A stretch of 64,000 nt of DNA from contig JAZDNO010000019.1 in assembly GCA_043799545.1 (NCBI GenBank), forward strand, positions 32,001 to 96,000, in the 5' to 3' direction. The notes under the pieces are model-generated. The model was not told the origin of the DNA and searched no databases. It worked only from the letters and a program-made list of their open reading frames with translations. Every line of letters starts with the position of its first letter. Position 1 is the stretch's first letter. This DNA comes from Methanobacteriota archaeon. Its GTDB lineage: Archaea; Thermoplasmatota; Thermoplasmata; SG8-5; DAIRED01. Below, one piece after another: positions 9,813-20,900 of this stretch. The translations under genes were made by a program, and so were the position numbers.

Positions 9813-10152
9813 ACGGCCGGAGCGCCCCCGCAGTTCAGGGAACCAAAGACCCAGGGTGACCGCCGCCGAGCGCAAGGCCTTGCGCAGGGGCAAGCGCCCG
9901 AGGTACGTACTGTTCGAGAGCGAGAGCCACGGCGCGCTTTGTGGAGCCTATGCATCGCTTCGCGCCAACCCATCAGTCTGGGTGGAGAAGCCCCCGAGCG
10001 TGATAGAGACGCGAGGCCAGGTGACCATAATCAGGGTCTTCCACAAGGATTTGGAGACGGCGAAAACCCTATTGAATTCTGTAGCCGGGGTGCGGACCCT
10101 GCGAACGAGCGGGACGCTTCGGGCGCTGAGGAGGAAGGCGGGGCTGAAGTAG
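9787..10152 (+). CDS. Small basic protein, possibly Rpp14/Pop5-like (RNase P protein fold)
   Basis: RPRYVLFE near the N-terminus and TLRTSGTLRALR near the C-terminus resemble Pop5 RxRY and SGTI motifs. The start may be GTG 9856. Confidence 0.5.
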   Translation: MMRSKRSGERPERPRSSGNQRPRVTAAERKALRRGKRPRYVLFESESHGALCGAYASLRANPSVWVEKPPSVIETRGQVTIIRVFHKDLETAKTLLNSVAGVRTLRTSGTLRALRRKAGLK

Positions 10153-10153
10153 G

Positions 10154-10840
10154 TTAATTCCCTTTTTCCAGCCTGTCGATAAGGCGCTGGGGAAGTCCGG
10201 CCTTTCTTCCCGCAAGCATCGTCTTGCTCACGCTGTAAACCAACCTGTGGATGCTCGCGTCGGTAACCGTCCTGTCCTTGATATCGAGCGTGGCGAAGGA
10301 GGCGCGCCAGTCCCCGTCTCGCGGCTGCCCCACGCTCCCTGGATTTATAACGTATCCTTTTCCAAACAAGGAGACGAACGGCCAATGCGTGTGGCCCAGC
10401 ACAAGGACGTCGGCCTGGGCTTTCCTCAGCAGGTCGGAGGAGGCCCCATCCTGCATGATGTATTTGTCAGGGTCGAAGGGGGCGCCGTGGTGCACGGCGA
10501 TTCTCAAGCCTTCGATTTTCAACTCAAGATGCTCCGGCATCTCCGTCAAATAAACTGAGCTTTGCATCGAGAGATTCTTATGAGTCCACTCTTCGGCCAG
10601 CGCCGCATTCTGATTGAAATTCTTCCAGTCGCCAGAGATGTTAGCGATTTCGTGGTTGCCCTTGATGGACTCGATTTTCTCGCGGGCGAACAGCGCTATG
10701 ACCTCGTTCGGGAAGGCGTTGTAGCCGACCACGTCGCCAGCGTGTAGAATCCTAGCGATTCCCATCCTGCGGATTTCGGCGAGGACGGCCTCCAAAGCTG
10801 GAAGGTTCGAATGGACGTCGGAGATGAGGGCGAGCTTCAA
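10154..10840 (-). CDS. Metallophosphoesterase (YfcE-like)
   Basis: SDVHSN, HAGDVVGY, GNHE, HHG, GHTH and NPGSVGQPRDG. Confidence 0.9.
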   Translation of the reverse strand: MKLALISDVHSNLPALEAVLAEIRRMGIARILHAGDVVGYNAFPNEVIALFAREKIESIKGNHEIANISGDWKNFNQNAALAEEWTHKNLSMQSSVYLTEMPEHLELKIEGLRIAVHHGAPFDPDKYIMQDGASSDLLRKAQADVLVLGHTHWPFVSLFGKGYVINPGSVGQPRDGDWRASFATLDIKDRTVTDASIHRLVYSVSKTMLAGRKAGLPQRLIDRLEKGN

Positions 10841-10880
10841 TTTGGCACCATGGGCACGAGTGTTCTCACCGCATTTAAAG

Positions 10881-13800
10881 TTACGGTGGGGTGTTCATCC
10901 TACGCTTTCGGAACTGGATAGCCATCAGCACTGCTGCGCCTATCACTGTGATTGTTATTATCATTGCGGGAATCAGCCAGAGAGTAGAATTTGGACTAGC
11001 TTCGACATCCACTGTCAACGTATCTGTATCCCAATTGCCCGCTGCATCCGTCACGTTTAAGGTGACTATGTATTCACCGCTCGTCCAGAATGCCATCGAA
11101 GGGGCGGCGCCGAACAGCACTATGATCGTGCCGTTGTAGTGAACTGTCCATGTGTAATTGGCAATTTGAATATTATCTGCGGAGCCAGTTCCGTCGAGCG
11201 TGATTGTTTTTCCGACTCTCGTAGTAATATCATCTCCGGCCTGCGCTGTCGGAGGGATATCGTCCGGGACGTTGGTGGCGTTCACCAAGACAATGTCCCT
11301 TGCCTTGTTGCCCGCCCCATCCGAGACTGTCAAGGAGACGTTGTATATTCCGGGGTAAGTCAAGCTCATTTCGGGCATGGCTCCGTAGAGGGTGCCGTTT
11401 AATCCGCCGTGCGTGTAATTCCAAGTGTAATTGACGACCCCGATGTTGTCAGTTGATGCAGACCCGTTCAGGGTGAATGTTGCCAGAATGGGTGTTTTAA
11501 AGTCATCGCCGGCCTCAGCCGTGGGCGCGTCGTTGTCCCTGACATTCAGCGTTTCCTCTGTAAGGACTCTTTTATTTCCAGCCCCATCGACAGCCGAGAG
11601 CATGTATCTCAGCGGTTCAAGGCTTCCGGCTGGAATGCTCAAATCCAGGCTGTAATTGCCATCAGAAGACCCGACCATCGTTTTATTTGTCCAGTTGGCG
11701 CTCCCGAACCTATAGGCCACTCCAACAATGGGCGATGAGAGCGCATCGGACACCCGTGCCTCGAAACGGTACGCATCCCCTGTGGTCGCATCCGCGGAGC
11801 AGTTTGGCACCAATGACGGCGGCGTCGCATCGTAGCCGCAAGCGATTTTGTCGTTGGCGGGAGACGTCTCATTAAAGCCAGCGAGGTCAATCGCCTTCGT
11901 ATACAGTTCGTATTTTCCCTCTCCGCCAGGGAATGTGAAATTCCATTCAAACGGCTCGTTTTCGTCCTTGCCAAATAATGCCCAGCTCCCCCATGTGACA
12001 CCGTCACTGCCAGTGCGATACCATAGACTGACGTTTGCGATCCCCACGTCATCGCTGGCGGAGCAATTAAGGTTCAGATGGCTGTTTTTAATCCAATAAT
12101 TATCGGGGGCTCGCAGCTGACTCGCAGGTACCTGCGTGTCATACATCCAGGTGAGCTGCGCACAAGCCGGCTTCGGCTCTGTGTTGCCAGAGGCATCGAC
12201 CGCTACTGTGTAGAACTCGTAGAAACCGTGGCCGGAATTCGCTGGTTGAACTCCGGGAGCGAAGAACCAAGGCGAGGGAAATACGGAATAATCATAGAGC
12301 GTCCAAGCTGTCCAATTCTCCAAATCGCCGCTGAAGCGGTACCACAAATCCACCGTGACGACCCCACTATAGTCGTCGGTAGCCTTCGCTTCTATGATGC
12401 AATATCCCCAAGAGTTCTGGACTGTCTGGAAAATCGGTCTAGAAACCGGTGGATTGGCATCGCTGTACGTCCCGATTGGAGGTGCCATGAGCGGATAATG
12501 GTCTTTCGACTGGCCTCCGGGGATGTTGACCGGCGTGTCGCCGATGCCGTCCGCGCCGGTTGTATCCTGTAAAAGTCCTGAATTAAAATCGACGCCAGCG
12601 TAATCATCCCAGATGTTTCCGCCAGTCGGGTACGAGGTGTTCCAGGCATTGCCACATGTGTCCACTGCATGCTCGTCATTGCCGACGAATGAGTTGCGCC
12701 AGAACCTGTTCCCGCTCGAGTTATGGGTGGCGTTCACGCCTACGTAGTTGTCCAAGATGTGGAATCCGACGAAACTGTTCGCCGTTGAATTCCGTAGGAA
12801 TATAGCCGTGCTCTTTGCCCGCTCGATTGTTATCTCCAGATCGAATTGGCCAGGATTCTGGAACACAGTGTACCCAAGCACGCTGATAAAGTACGCTCCG
12901 TCAGGCGGATTGTGCAGCCTCAACCCCTCTTCGGCGTCGGAGTCTGCGCAGTAGCAGTAAATCCCCGTGCCATAAGATGATTCGTAAGCCTCGAACAAGC
13001 AAATGTCTCGCGTCACGATTTCCTCCCATTGGATTATCCCATCCGCCGGCTGCCCAGCAGCCCCGTCGAGGAATATCGCCAAGTCGAGGTCGGGGGCGTT
13101 CGAATGCCCGGAGATGCTCACATCGAATATGGTGGCGTTTGTGATTGAGACCGAGCGCCTGAACCCATCGCTGTCCGCGAACAAGGAAATCCAGTCCTCT
13201 ACCGTATTCTGCGGGCCTGATAGATCGCTTGCATTGACGTCGAGCCCATTTTCGGCTGTGTGTATCTCGCTTCCGAAAGCCCGCTCCGAACAGTTGGCCA
13301 CGGTGTTGTTTCCGAGATAGTTGTCATGGGAAGTGTCAAGGATGATTCCGAAATCGTTGTCCCAGAGTGCGTTGTCAAAAACGCGGTTGTAGCTCGAACC
13401 AGCAAATGCGATGCCCGTCGTTCCTGACGAGATGTTGCATGAGGTGACACTGACGAACATCGATTCCATTGATATTCCCACACCGTTTTCTCTCAAGGTG
13501 TTGCCTATGATTTCGCATCCCTGGGCGCGGGACCATGCCTGGATTCCTATGTCGTTGTACGAAATGTGGTTGCCTTGGAGCGAGTTCCCGAATGAGTTGT
13601 ACCCCCCACCGAGTTCCACGCCGACGGAACCATTCGATATTTTGCTAGATTGCAGAACGTTGTTCTTCGATTTTGAGTCGAATCTGACGCCAAGATGGTT
13701 GCCTGTCAGGTTGTTTACAGAGATGGTGCTGTTATCGCAATTCGACAGGGATATCGCGCAAGTGTCGTTCGACAGGTCGTTAAACCTTATGGTGCTGTTG

Positions 13801-14759
13801 CCGCAATACGCCATCGCGATGCCCATTGAAACGTTGGAGCACTTCAGCTTCTCGATGGTCATAGTGCTACAATTCACAAAGATGGCTTGTCCGCAGTCCG
13901 TGCTCTGTGTCACCCCAGCTTGGTTCTTGAGGTAGCAGACAGGTTTGCCGTGGACGAGGTTCGTCGTCGGGATTGTATGGCTGGCCCAATTCCAGACTTG
14001 GGAGCCGGTACTGGTGAATGCAATCCCCCGGCCGTCCATCGCGTTACCGAGCATCCTGACAGACGTGCACATGTCGAACTGGACATCGTCGCCGAAGCTT
14101 GATATATTGTTGCCGGTTACGTTCACCGATGACCCACCAGTGAGGTACAGCCCGACATCGTTGTCCTCAACCTCGTTGTCGGCTAGGCTCACGTTATTAC
14201 TATAGCTCAAATAAATCCCGTACGAATTATTGTGAATGGCGTTGTCTTGCACTGACGACGTGTCTGCATGGATGTTGACGCCTTTGCCGTTTCCGGCAAT
14301 GGTATTCTGTTCGACATCGATGTTTTGACCTTTCAAATATATCCCGATGGAGTTGTTGACAATCGCGTTGTCGGTTACTGACCCTCCAGAGGAGTCGAGG
14401 CTTATGGCGCCAGTGTCCTCGTTATAGGGGCCGCCGCTCACGTTCGACAGATGGCAATTTTTGATGACGAATGCGACCGTCGTGCCTGTGACCTTGATAC
14501 AATAATCGCCACCCGTCGCTGATATTTTCCATCCATCGATGACGAATGGATTCGACGCCCCCCCATTTCCGCCGGTAACTCCGTTCGCAGGAGTGAAACC
14601 CCCGTCAAACGTGATGAGGATCGGCGCATGGTTGGCGTAACGCGGAATGATGTGGCTTCCTGTCAAACCAGAACTCATCCAGGGGTTAGTGAAAGCGGTC
14701 AGCGCCGAGAGGATGATTGCCAACGCGAGTAATCCCGCGACCGTACCAGACTTCCACAC
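10881..14759 (-). CDS. Large cell-surface protein: NosD/CASH beta-helix repeats, PPC-like insert, Ig-like modules, two PKD domains, C-terminal TM anchor
   Basis: Signal peptide after the GTG start with a GAGGTG RBS, many N.I..N..GI.L repeats, two PTAEAG/PTAQAG...DGSASTDN-type PKD motifs, and a terminal hydrophobic helix followed by FRKRR. Confidence 0.85.
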   Translation of the reverse strand: MWKSGTVAGLLALAIILSALTAFTNPWMSSGLTGSHIIPRYANHAPILITFDGGFTPANGVTGGNGGASNPFVIDGWKISATGGDYCIKVTGTTVAFVIKNCHLSNVSGGPYNEDTGAISLDSSGGSVTDNAIVNNSIGIYLKGQNIDVEQNTIAGNGKGVNIHADTSSVQDNAIHNNSYGIYLSYSNNVSLADNEVEDNDVGLYLTGGSSVNVTGNNISSFGDDVQFDMCTSVRMLGNAMDGRGIAFTSTGSQVWNWASHTIPTTNLVHGKPVCYLKNQAGVTQSTDCGQAIFVNCSTMTIEKLKCSNVSMGIAMAYCGNSTIRFNDLSNDTCAISLSNCDNSTISVNNLTGNHLGVRFDSKSKNNVLQSSKISNGSVGVELGGGYNSFGNSLQGNHISYNDIGIQAWSRAQGCEIIGNTLRENGVGISMESMFVSVTSCNISSGTTGIAFAGSSYNRVFDNALWDNDFGIILDTSHDNYLGNNTVANCSERAFGSEIHTAENGLDVNASDLSGPQNTVEDWISLFADSDGFRRSVSITNATIFDVSISGHSNAPDLDLAIFLDGAAGQPADGIIQWEEIVTRDICLFEAYESSYGTGIYCYCADSDAEEGLRLHNPPDGAYFISVLGYTVFQNPGQFDLEITIERAKSTAIFLRNSTANSFVGFHILDNYVGVNATHNSSGNRFWRNSFVGNDEHAVDTCGNAWNTSYPTGGNIWDDYAGVDFNSGLLQDTTGADGIGDTPVNIPGGQSKDHYPLMAPPIGTYSDANPPVSRPIFQTVQNSWGYCIIEAKATDDYSGVVTVDLWYRFSGDLENWTAWTLYDYSVFPSPWFFAPGVQPANSGHGFYEFYTVAVDASGNTEPKPACAQLTWMYDTQVPASQLRAPDNYWIKNSHLNLNCSASDDVGIANVSLWYRTGSDGVTWGSWALFGKDENEPFEWNFTFPGGEGKYELYTKAIDLAGFNETSPANDKIACGYDATPPSLVPNCSADATTGDAYRFEARVSDALSSPIVGVAYRFGSANWTNKTMVGSSDGNYSLDLSIPAGSLEPLRYMLSAVDGAGNKRVLTEETLNVRDNDAPTAEAGDDFKTPILATFTLNGSASTDNIGVVNYTWNYTHGGLNGTLYGAMPEMSLTYPGIYNVSLTVSDGAGNKARDIVLVNATNVPDDIPPTAQAGDDITTRVGKTITLDGTGSADNIQIANYTWTVHYNGTIIVLFGAAPSMAFWTSGEYIVTLNVTDAAGNWDTDTLTVDVEASPNSTLWLIPAMIITITVIGAAVLMAIQFRKRRMNTPP

Positions 14760-14930
14760 ATCCGCACCTCGGGGAAGCATCGGATTGCCGAGTATTAAGG
14801 CTATTGGTAATTCATTTTGTAGAAAAGGAAATTGAAAAGGGTTTTTCTCTCTCATCAGAGCCGCAGAATGATACGCCCCTGGCGATAAATTCTGCAAGCG
14901 GAATGGGTGATGTGCGGTGGGAGTATGGAT

Positions 14931-16598
14931 TTAATCCATGTCTCCCATCCCACCGCCACCCATACCGCCCATGCCACCCGGCGGCATTCCGCCGCCTGGG
15001 GCTCCGCCAGCGCCGCGCTTCGCGGCTATGACGTCGTCTATGCGCAGTATCATGTTCGCGACCTCGGTCGCGCTGCATATCGCCTGCGTCTTGACGCGGA
15101 TCGGCTCGATGACGTTCATCTTTACCATGTCCTTCGTCACGCCGTTGAAGATGTCGATTCCCACGTTCGACCTCTTCCCCTTGCCCTCGTGCTCGGACCT
15201 GAGGTTGATGAGCATGTTTATCGCGTCCAGGCCTGCGTTCTCCGCGAGGGTCCACGGGATGATTTCCATGGCCTTGGAGAATGCCTCGATTGCCAGCTGC
15301 TCGCGCCCGCCGACAGTCGTCGCGTAGTCCTGGAGCCTGAGCGAGAGCTCGACTTCCGTCGCGCCTCCGCCTGGCACTACAATTCCGTCCTCTATTGCGA
15401 CAGCGGTCACCTTCAAGGCGTCGTGCAGCGCGCGCTCGAGCTCGTCGACGACGTGCTCCGTGCCGCCCCTGAGCAGTATAGATACGCTCTTGGGGTTCTT
15501 GCACTCGGTCACGAACGTCATGTCCGTGTCCCCGACCTTGCGCTCCTCGACGAGCCCGGCCCGACCGAGGTCGTTGGCGCTCAGGTCGTCCAGCTTGCTC
15601 ACGAGGTTCGCTCCGGTCGCGCGGGCGAGCTTCTCCATGTCGCTCTTCTTGACCCTGCGCACTGTGTAGATGCCCTCCTTCGCGAGGTAGTGCTGCACGA
15701 GGTCGTCCACGCCCTTCTGGCAGAACACGACGTTGGCGCCGGACTTCTTGATGATGTCCGACTTGGCCTTCAGCGTGCGCTCCTCCTCCGCGAGGAACTT
15801 CTCCATCTGGGACGGGTCGTTTATCTGAATCTTGGCGTCGACCTCGGTCTTCTTGATTTCAAGCGCAGCGTCAAGCAGCGCAATCTTGGCGTTCTTGACT
15901 GCCTTTGGCATCCTCGGGTGCACGCGCTCCTTGTCCACTATGATTCCCTGGACCAGCTCGGTGTCCGTGACGCTCGCTCCGTGCTTCTTCTCGACCTTCA
16001 CGTTGTCCACGTCGACGGTCCAGCCATCGCTGGACTTGTCCGCGACCGCCCGTATTGCCTTAACGCAGAGGTTTGCAAGCATCTCCCTGTTCGGGCCGGC
16101 TCCGCCCTTCGAAGACATGGCGGTCATGGCGACCTTCCTCAGCATGACCTCGTCGGTGGGGCTGATCTTGATTCCCATGGTCTTGAGAATTCTGTTGGCC
16201 TCGGTCGCAGCCAGCGAATAGCCGGACGCGATTATCGTCGGGTGGACGTTCTGCTCGATGAGGAATTCCGCCTTCTTCAGCAGTTCCCCAGCGATGACCA
16301 CGGCGCTCGTAGTCCCGTCGCCGCACTCGTTGTCCTGGGTCTTCGCCACCTCGACGACCATCTTGGCCGCCGGGTGCTCTATGTCGATCTCCTTCAGTAT
16401 GGTCGCGCCGTCGTTCGTTATGACGACGTCGCCCATGCTGTCGACCAGCATCTTGTCCATTCCCCTCGGTCCTAGGGTCGAGCGCACCGCATCGGCGACC
16501 GCTTTCGCGGCGTTGATGTTGTTAAACTGGGCGCCCTTGCCCTTGTTCCTCTCCGTGCCCTCTCTCAGCACGATTATCGGTTGCTGTCCTGACATCAT
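14931..16598 (-). CDS. ths: Thermosome (group II chaperonin) subunit
   Basis: [26 protein letters not shown] and a GGM-rich C-terminal tail. Confidence 0.98.
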   Translation of the reverse strand: MMSGQQPIIVLREGTERNKGKGAQFNNINAAKAVADAVRSTLGPRGMDKMLVDSMGDVVITNDGATILKEIDIEHPAAKMVVEVAKTQDNECGDGTTSAVVIAGELLKKAEFLIEQNVHPTIIASGYSLAATEANRILKTMGIKISPTDEVMLRKVAMTAMSSKGGAGPNREMLANLCVKAIRAVADKSSDGWTVDVDNVKVEKKHGASVTDTELVQGIIVDKERVHPRMPKAVKNAKIALLDAALEIKKTEVDAKIQINDPSQMEKFLAEEERTLKAKSDIIKKSGANVVFCQKGVDDLVQHYLAKEGIYTVRRVKKSDMEKLARATGANLVSKLDDLSANDLGRAGLVEERKVGDTDMTFVTECKNPKSVSILLRGGTEHVVDELERALHDALKVTAVAIEDGIVVPGGGATEVELSLRLQDYATTVGGREQLAIEAFSKAMEIIPWTLAENAGLDAINMLINLRSEHEGKGKRSNVGIDIFNGVTKDMVKMNVIEPIRVKTQAICSATEVANMILRIDDVIAAKRGAGGAPGGGMPPGGMGGMGGGGMGDMD

Positions 16599-16730
16599 TG
16601 TATTGTACCCCCCTTTCGGGTGTGTCGAAACAATAGTGGTGCTTCTATATAATGGTTACGGCAAGGTTATTACGAAGCGCAATGTAAGCGACTGCAAACT
16701 TATTTGCACGATATCGCCAATCTCCCGCGC

Positions 16731-17249
16731 ATGTCCGATGCCATCCGCACCGTCGCCCAGCTCATGGAAATCGCTGCCCGCACGGCCCCCAAGGCCGCGG
16801 GAAAGGATTTCATTGAAATCAAGACGCTCTACGGTGACGACCTGAAGAAGACTGGCGAGGAGATGCTCAATCTCGCCGAGGAGCGGAACAATCCTGGATT
16901 CGCCCGCGACGGGAAGAACGTGCTGGCATCGGAGGCGCTTGTCCTAATCGGCGTGCGCGAGCACGCAGGCCTCGGCCTGGACTGCGCCGCCTGCGGCTTC
17001 AAGGCGTGCAACGGAATGGTTCAGGGCTCGGTCGAGACTGACTTCGCAGGCCCGAGTTGCTCAATGCGCTTGCTCGACATGGGCATCGCACTCGGCTCGG
17101 CTGTGAAGACAGCATCGCTGCATAACGTGGACAACCGTATCATGTACCGCGCTGGGGTAGCGGCCAGGCGCCTCGGGTTCATCAAAGCCTCGGTGGTCAT
17201 GGGAATACCGCTGAGCGCAACCGGAAAGAGCATCTACTACGACAGATAG
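16731..17249 (+). CDS. Ferredoxin-domain protein (DUF2148-like)
   Basis: [33 protein letters not shown] and DNRIMYRAG. Confidence 0.8.
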   Translation: MSDAIRTVAQLMEIAARTAPKAAGKDFIEIKTLYGDDLKKTGEEMLNLAEERNNPGFARDGKNVLASEALVLIGVREHAGLGLDCAACGFKACNGMVQGSVETDFAGPSCSMRLLDMGIALGSAVKTASLHNVDNRIMYRAGVAARRLGFIKASVVMGIPLSATGKSIYYDR

Positions 17250-17271
17250 GCGATTTGTCGAGTTGCAGCAT

Positions 17272-17904
17272 TCAATCCTTCGGTAAGTCCGTGGCGCAGA
17301 CCCGGCACGTGTCAACGCCCTTCCTGTTCGGCATCTGGCATTGGGGGCACAGGACCATTCCTTCTGGGACGCGCACCGGTTCCGGGGATTGTGGCTCGGG
17401 TACCAAAGGATGGGTGATCTCTTGGTGTGCGTGGGTCTGATACCTCTTGGCCACGGCGTCGTGGATGTTCGGTTTTTCGTAATCATACGAATCGAACTTC
17501 GCCCGCGTTCTGGAATTCCTCAGGTAATACCAGAAATAAAGGTAGAGCGCAGCCGATATCAGAAGAAACGGATTGATAAGGCATAGCAGGAGCGCGAGGA
17601 TTGCCAGCAATCCGTAGAATTCCACGCCCCACCGCCTGGCCCACTCGGCCATCATCGTCAATCCGATGGCCATGATTATGACGAGGGCGCCTAGAGCCAA
17701 GAGCATCACGCCGACCAGCCTGAACATCGAGCCGAAGTCCATGCCGCTGTAGGAGTAGCTAGAAATGAGGTTGCCCAGGCCGAAGAAGGTTGCGCCGAAG
17801 TAGAGGTAAACTGCGCCCATAACTATCGAGATAATGCTGATGGCCAGTATTCCTCGCGGAATCTTCTTTCTCTTCGACCTCATCACAACTGTAATCCGTT
17901 CCAA
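17272..17904 (-). CDS. Hypothetical 4-TM membrane protein with C-terminal zinc ribbon
   Basis: Four hydrophobic helices followed by CPQC...CRVC. Confidence 0.75.
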   Translation of the reverse strand: MERITVVMRSKRKKIPRGILAISIISIVMGAVYLYFGATFFGLGNLISSYSYSGMDFGSMFRLVGVMLLALGALVIIMAIGLTMMAEWARRWGVEFYGLLAILALLLCLINPFLLISAALYLYFWYYLRNSRTRAKFDSYDYEKPNIHDAVAKRYQTHAHQEITHPLVPEPQSPEPVRVPEGMVLCPQCQMPNRKGVDTCRVCATDLPKD

Positions 17905-17931
17905 AAATATAAAGACGATGCCTTGGAATCG

Positions 17932-20900
17932 TCATGCTTGCGTGCGCGAGGAATCCGTTGGCTGGTCAAGATGCGGATTCTCTTCGAGCACCGCCTTTTC
18001 AAGGCTGCCAGCCCCGGCTGCCTTTGCGAATTCCAGCACCTCGCCTGACATTTTATTAGCGGTCGATGGGTCTCCGGATTTCGCGCAAAAAAGCGCAAAA
18101 GTCCTCTTGGCCCTGGCGAGGGGAAAGCCTTCGTTCAGCCTGGCATGGATTTCTATGGATTTTTCAAAGTGCCCGCGCGCCGAAGAGGCGTCCCCCTTCG
18201 CCGCCTCCAGCAGCCCGGCAACCCTGTGGTAAACAGCCAGGAGGTTGTCCGCCTTCATCGAGTCCGCGTCGGCCTTCGCCCCGGCTAGCAGGCCCGCCGC
18301 CTCGTCCAGGCGCCCCTCGCCCGTGCACACCTCCGCGAGGGAGACGCGACAGAGCGACTGCATCAGGCGGTCCCCGACCTCCGCGCCGAGCGCCATGCCG
18401 CGCTCAAGGAACCCCCGCGCCTCCGCCGGCCTCCCGGCCTGCAGGTGCAAATCCCCGAGGTTCGCGCAGGCCGTCCCGGCACTGGGCAGGTCGCCTATCC
18501 TCTCAGCAAGCTCCCTGCTCCCTGAAATGTAATTCTCGGCCTTCTCGAATTCCATCATGTCCTGCCACATCAGCCCTATCCCTATCATGTTCGAGCATTG
18601 GCCGGTCAGGTCGCCGATGCGCTTCCTGATGCCGAGCGCCTCCTCCATGTAGCGCAACGCGCCCCTCGGGTCCCCCTGGTTCTTGCTGATGATTCCCAAG
18701 TTTCCGGCGGTGCTGGCGATGCCCCTCAGGTCGGAGATGCTGCGCTTGACCGATAGCGCCTCGCGGTAGTAGCCCGCGGCCTTCTCCCAAGCCCCCCTGC
18801 TGTGGTGGATGGCTCCGATGTTGTTGAGGCTGGCCCCCAGGCCGGCTAGGTCGGCCAGCGCCCGCCTCCCAGCCGCGGCCTTCTCCAGGTGGGGCAGCGC
18901 CTCGTCGAACCTCCGGGTCTGGAGGAAGAGGGTGCCGAGCACGTGCTCCGCGGAAGCCAGCGCGGCTTCGTCGCCAGAGCCCCCGGCAATCTCCATCTGG
19001 CGGCGGGCCCAGCTCTCGGCCTCCCTGACCTCCCCGCGCTTCAGGTGGGCGTAGTACATGACGTGGCATGTCCTCGTCAGCTCCGCGGACGGGCCGAGCG
19101 GTTCGAGGATTGCGAAAGCCTCGCCGCCCAGCCTGAGGCTCGATGGCCAGTCGGATTTCATGTCATGCGCCTCGGCCATAAGCGTGAGCACCTTCCCGCG
19201 GTCCTGTCCAGCAGCCTCAGGTAGCAACCCCTCGTATATCGTCAAGGCCGAATCGTAGAGTCCCATGTAACGCTCGCAGTCCCCGAGCTCCATCATCGCG
19301 TCCCGTCCGATGTCCCCAGACTCCTTGGCGAGCCTGTAGAGCTTGGCCGCCTCCTCGATTGCGAAGCGCCTTTTCGCGTCCCGCGCGGCGGCGACGAGAT
19401 GGGCTGGCGCCCGCGGGTCGCCGGCGTTGTGGAGATGCAGGGCGATTTCCGAGAGTTTCCCGGGCGCGGATGTTCTCAACATGGACTCGGCAGCCATCCT
19501 GTGCAGCTCGCGCCGCATCCCCGCCCCCATGCGCCCGTACGCAGCCTCCCGGACCTTGGAATGGTCGAACCTGTAGCCAGCCGCCCCGCTACGGACGAGC
19601 CCCGTCCCGCACTCGATGAAATCCAGCCTCCCGAGGAGGTCCATCCTCGCGGCCCCGGTCAGGTCTCCCAGGGCTTCCAGCGCGAACTCCTCCCCGAGCA
19701 CCGCCGCGGCGGAAAGGAGCCTGGCGTCTTCCGGAGGCATCCTGTCGAACCTCCGGTTGACGATGTCCGCCACCCGCTCCGGCATCTCCAGCTCGTCGAC
19801 AGCCTTCGCGAGCCTCCACCTGCCGCCTTCATCCAAAGACAGGACCCCGCTCTCCCTCAGCAGCCTCAGGAGTTCGAGTGTGTAGAAAGGGTTCCCTCCG
19901 CCCTCCCTCTGGAGCCTGGAATAGAACGCCTCCTCCAGAGTGGAGCCTTCCAGCGCTGACTCCACCAAATCGCGCGAGCGCTCCGTCTCTAGCCGCTCGA
20001 GACCGATGATGGAAACGACCCCTTCGCGGGACATGGTCTTCATGGCGCTAGCCAGCGGATGCTGCTTTCCGTCGGCGGGCGCGACGTCCTCCGGCCTGAA
20101 AGTGCCGAGAATCAACATGCGCGTCCCCCTGGCGCTCCTGGCTAGGTAGTGTACGAGCGACACGGTCGTCGGGTCGGCCCACTGGAGGTCGTCGAGGTAG
20201 AGCACGATGGGTTTTTCCGCCGCCTTGCGCGAGAGCCCCGCGAGGATGTTGGAGAGGAGCCCGTTCTTCCTCAGGCCAGGGTCGTCGACCAGATGTCTTC
20301 CTTCGTACCTTCCGCTGCGAACGAGTGATTCCAGCGCGGACTTCGCCATATCCGTCTCGGCCACGTTTCCGCTCCAACCGGACAGTCCGGGCCCGAGCTC
20401 CGAGAGAAGCTCGTCCATCTCGGCGAGCAGCGGCTCGTTCTCGCGCCCCATCGTGATGGACGCCAGCGAGAGCCCGCTACGGCTCCTCAGGGTTATCCTG
20501 AAATTCCCGTAGGATATGGAGCCGAGGTTGGCCTGGCCCGCCCCCAGCGGCGAGAGCGAGTCCTTCGCGAAGTTGGAGATGGCCTGGAGCATGCCCGAGA
20601 ATATGTCCGCGTCCACGCCACCTTTACCGGAGGCGCCGTCGGAGCCCCCGCCGGGCTTCGCCGCGCTGGCAACCAGAACTCCCCCCTGGTCTATCAGGTA
20701 CAGGCAGAGCAGCTCGGGCGGCGGGTCGTCGTCCAGCACGTATGCGATTCCGAGCCCGGCCAGCGCCTCCCGGACCGGGTGGAGCGGTTCGAGGGTGCTC
20801 TCGACGCACCAGCCCCTGGCCACCGAGGCGCCTTTCTCCTCCGCCGTTGCGAGCGCCTCCTCGCAAAGCCTGCTCTTGCCGATGCCAGCCTCGCCCGAAA

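Noticed and set aside
14907-16475. 522-aa plus-strand ORF opposite the thermosome, and many similar long antisense or alternate-frame ORFs
   Set aside because: These are shadow ORFs expected from high-GC codon bias. They carry no motifs and fully overlap well-supported genes.
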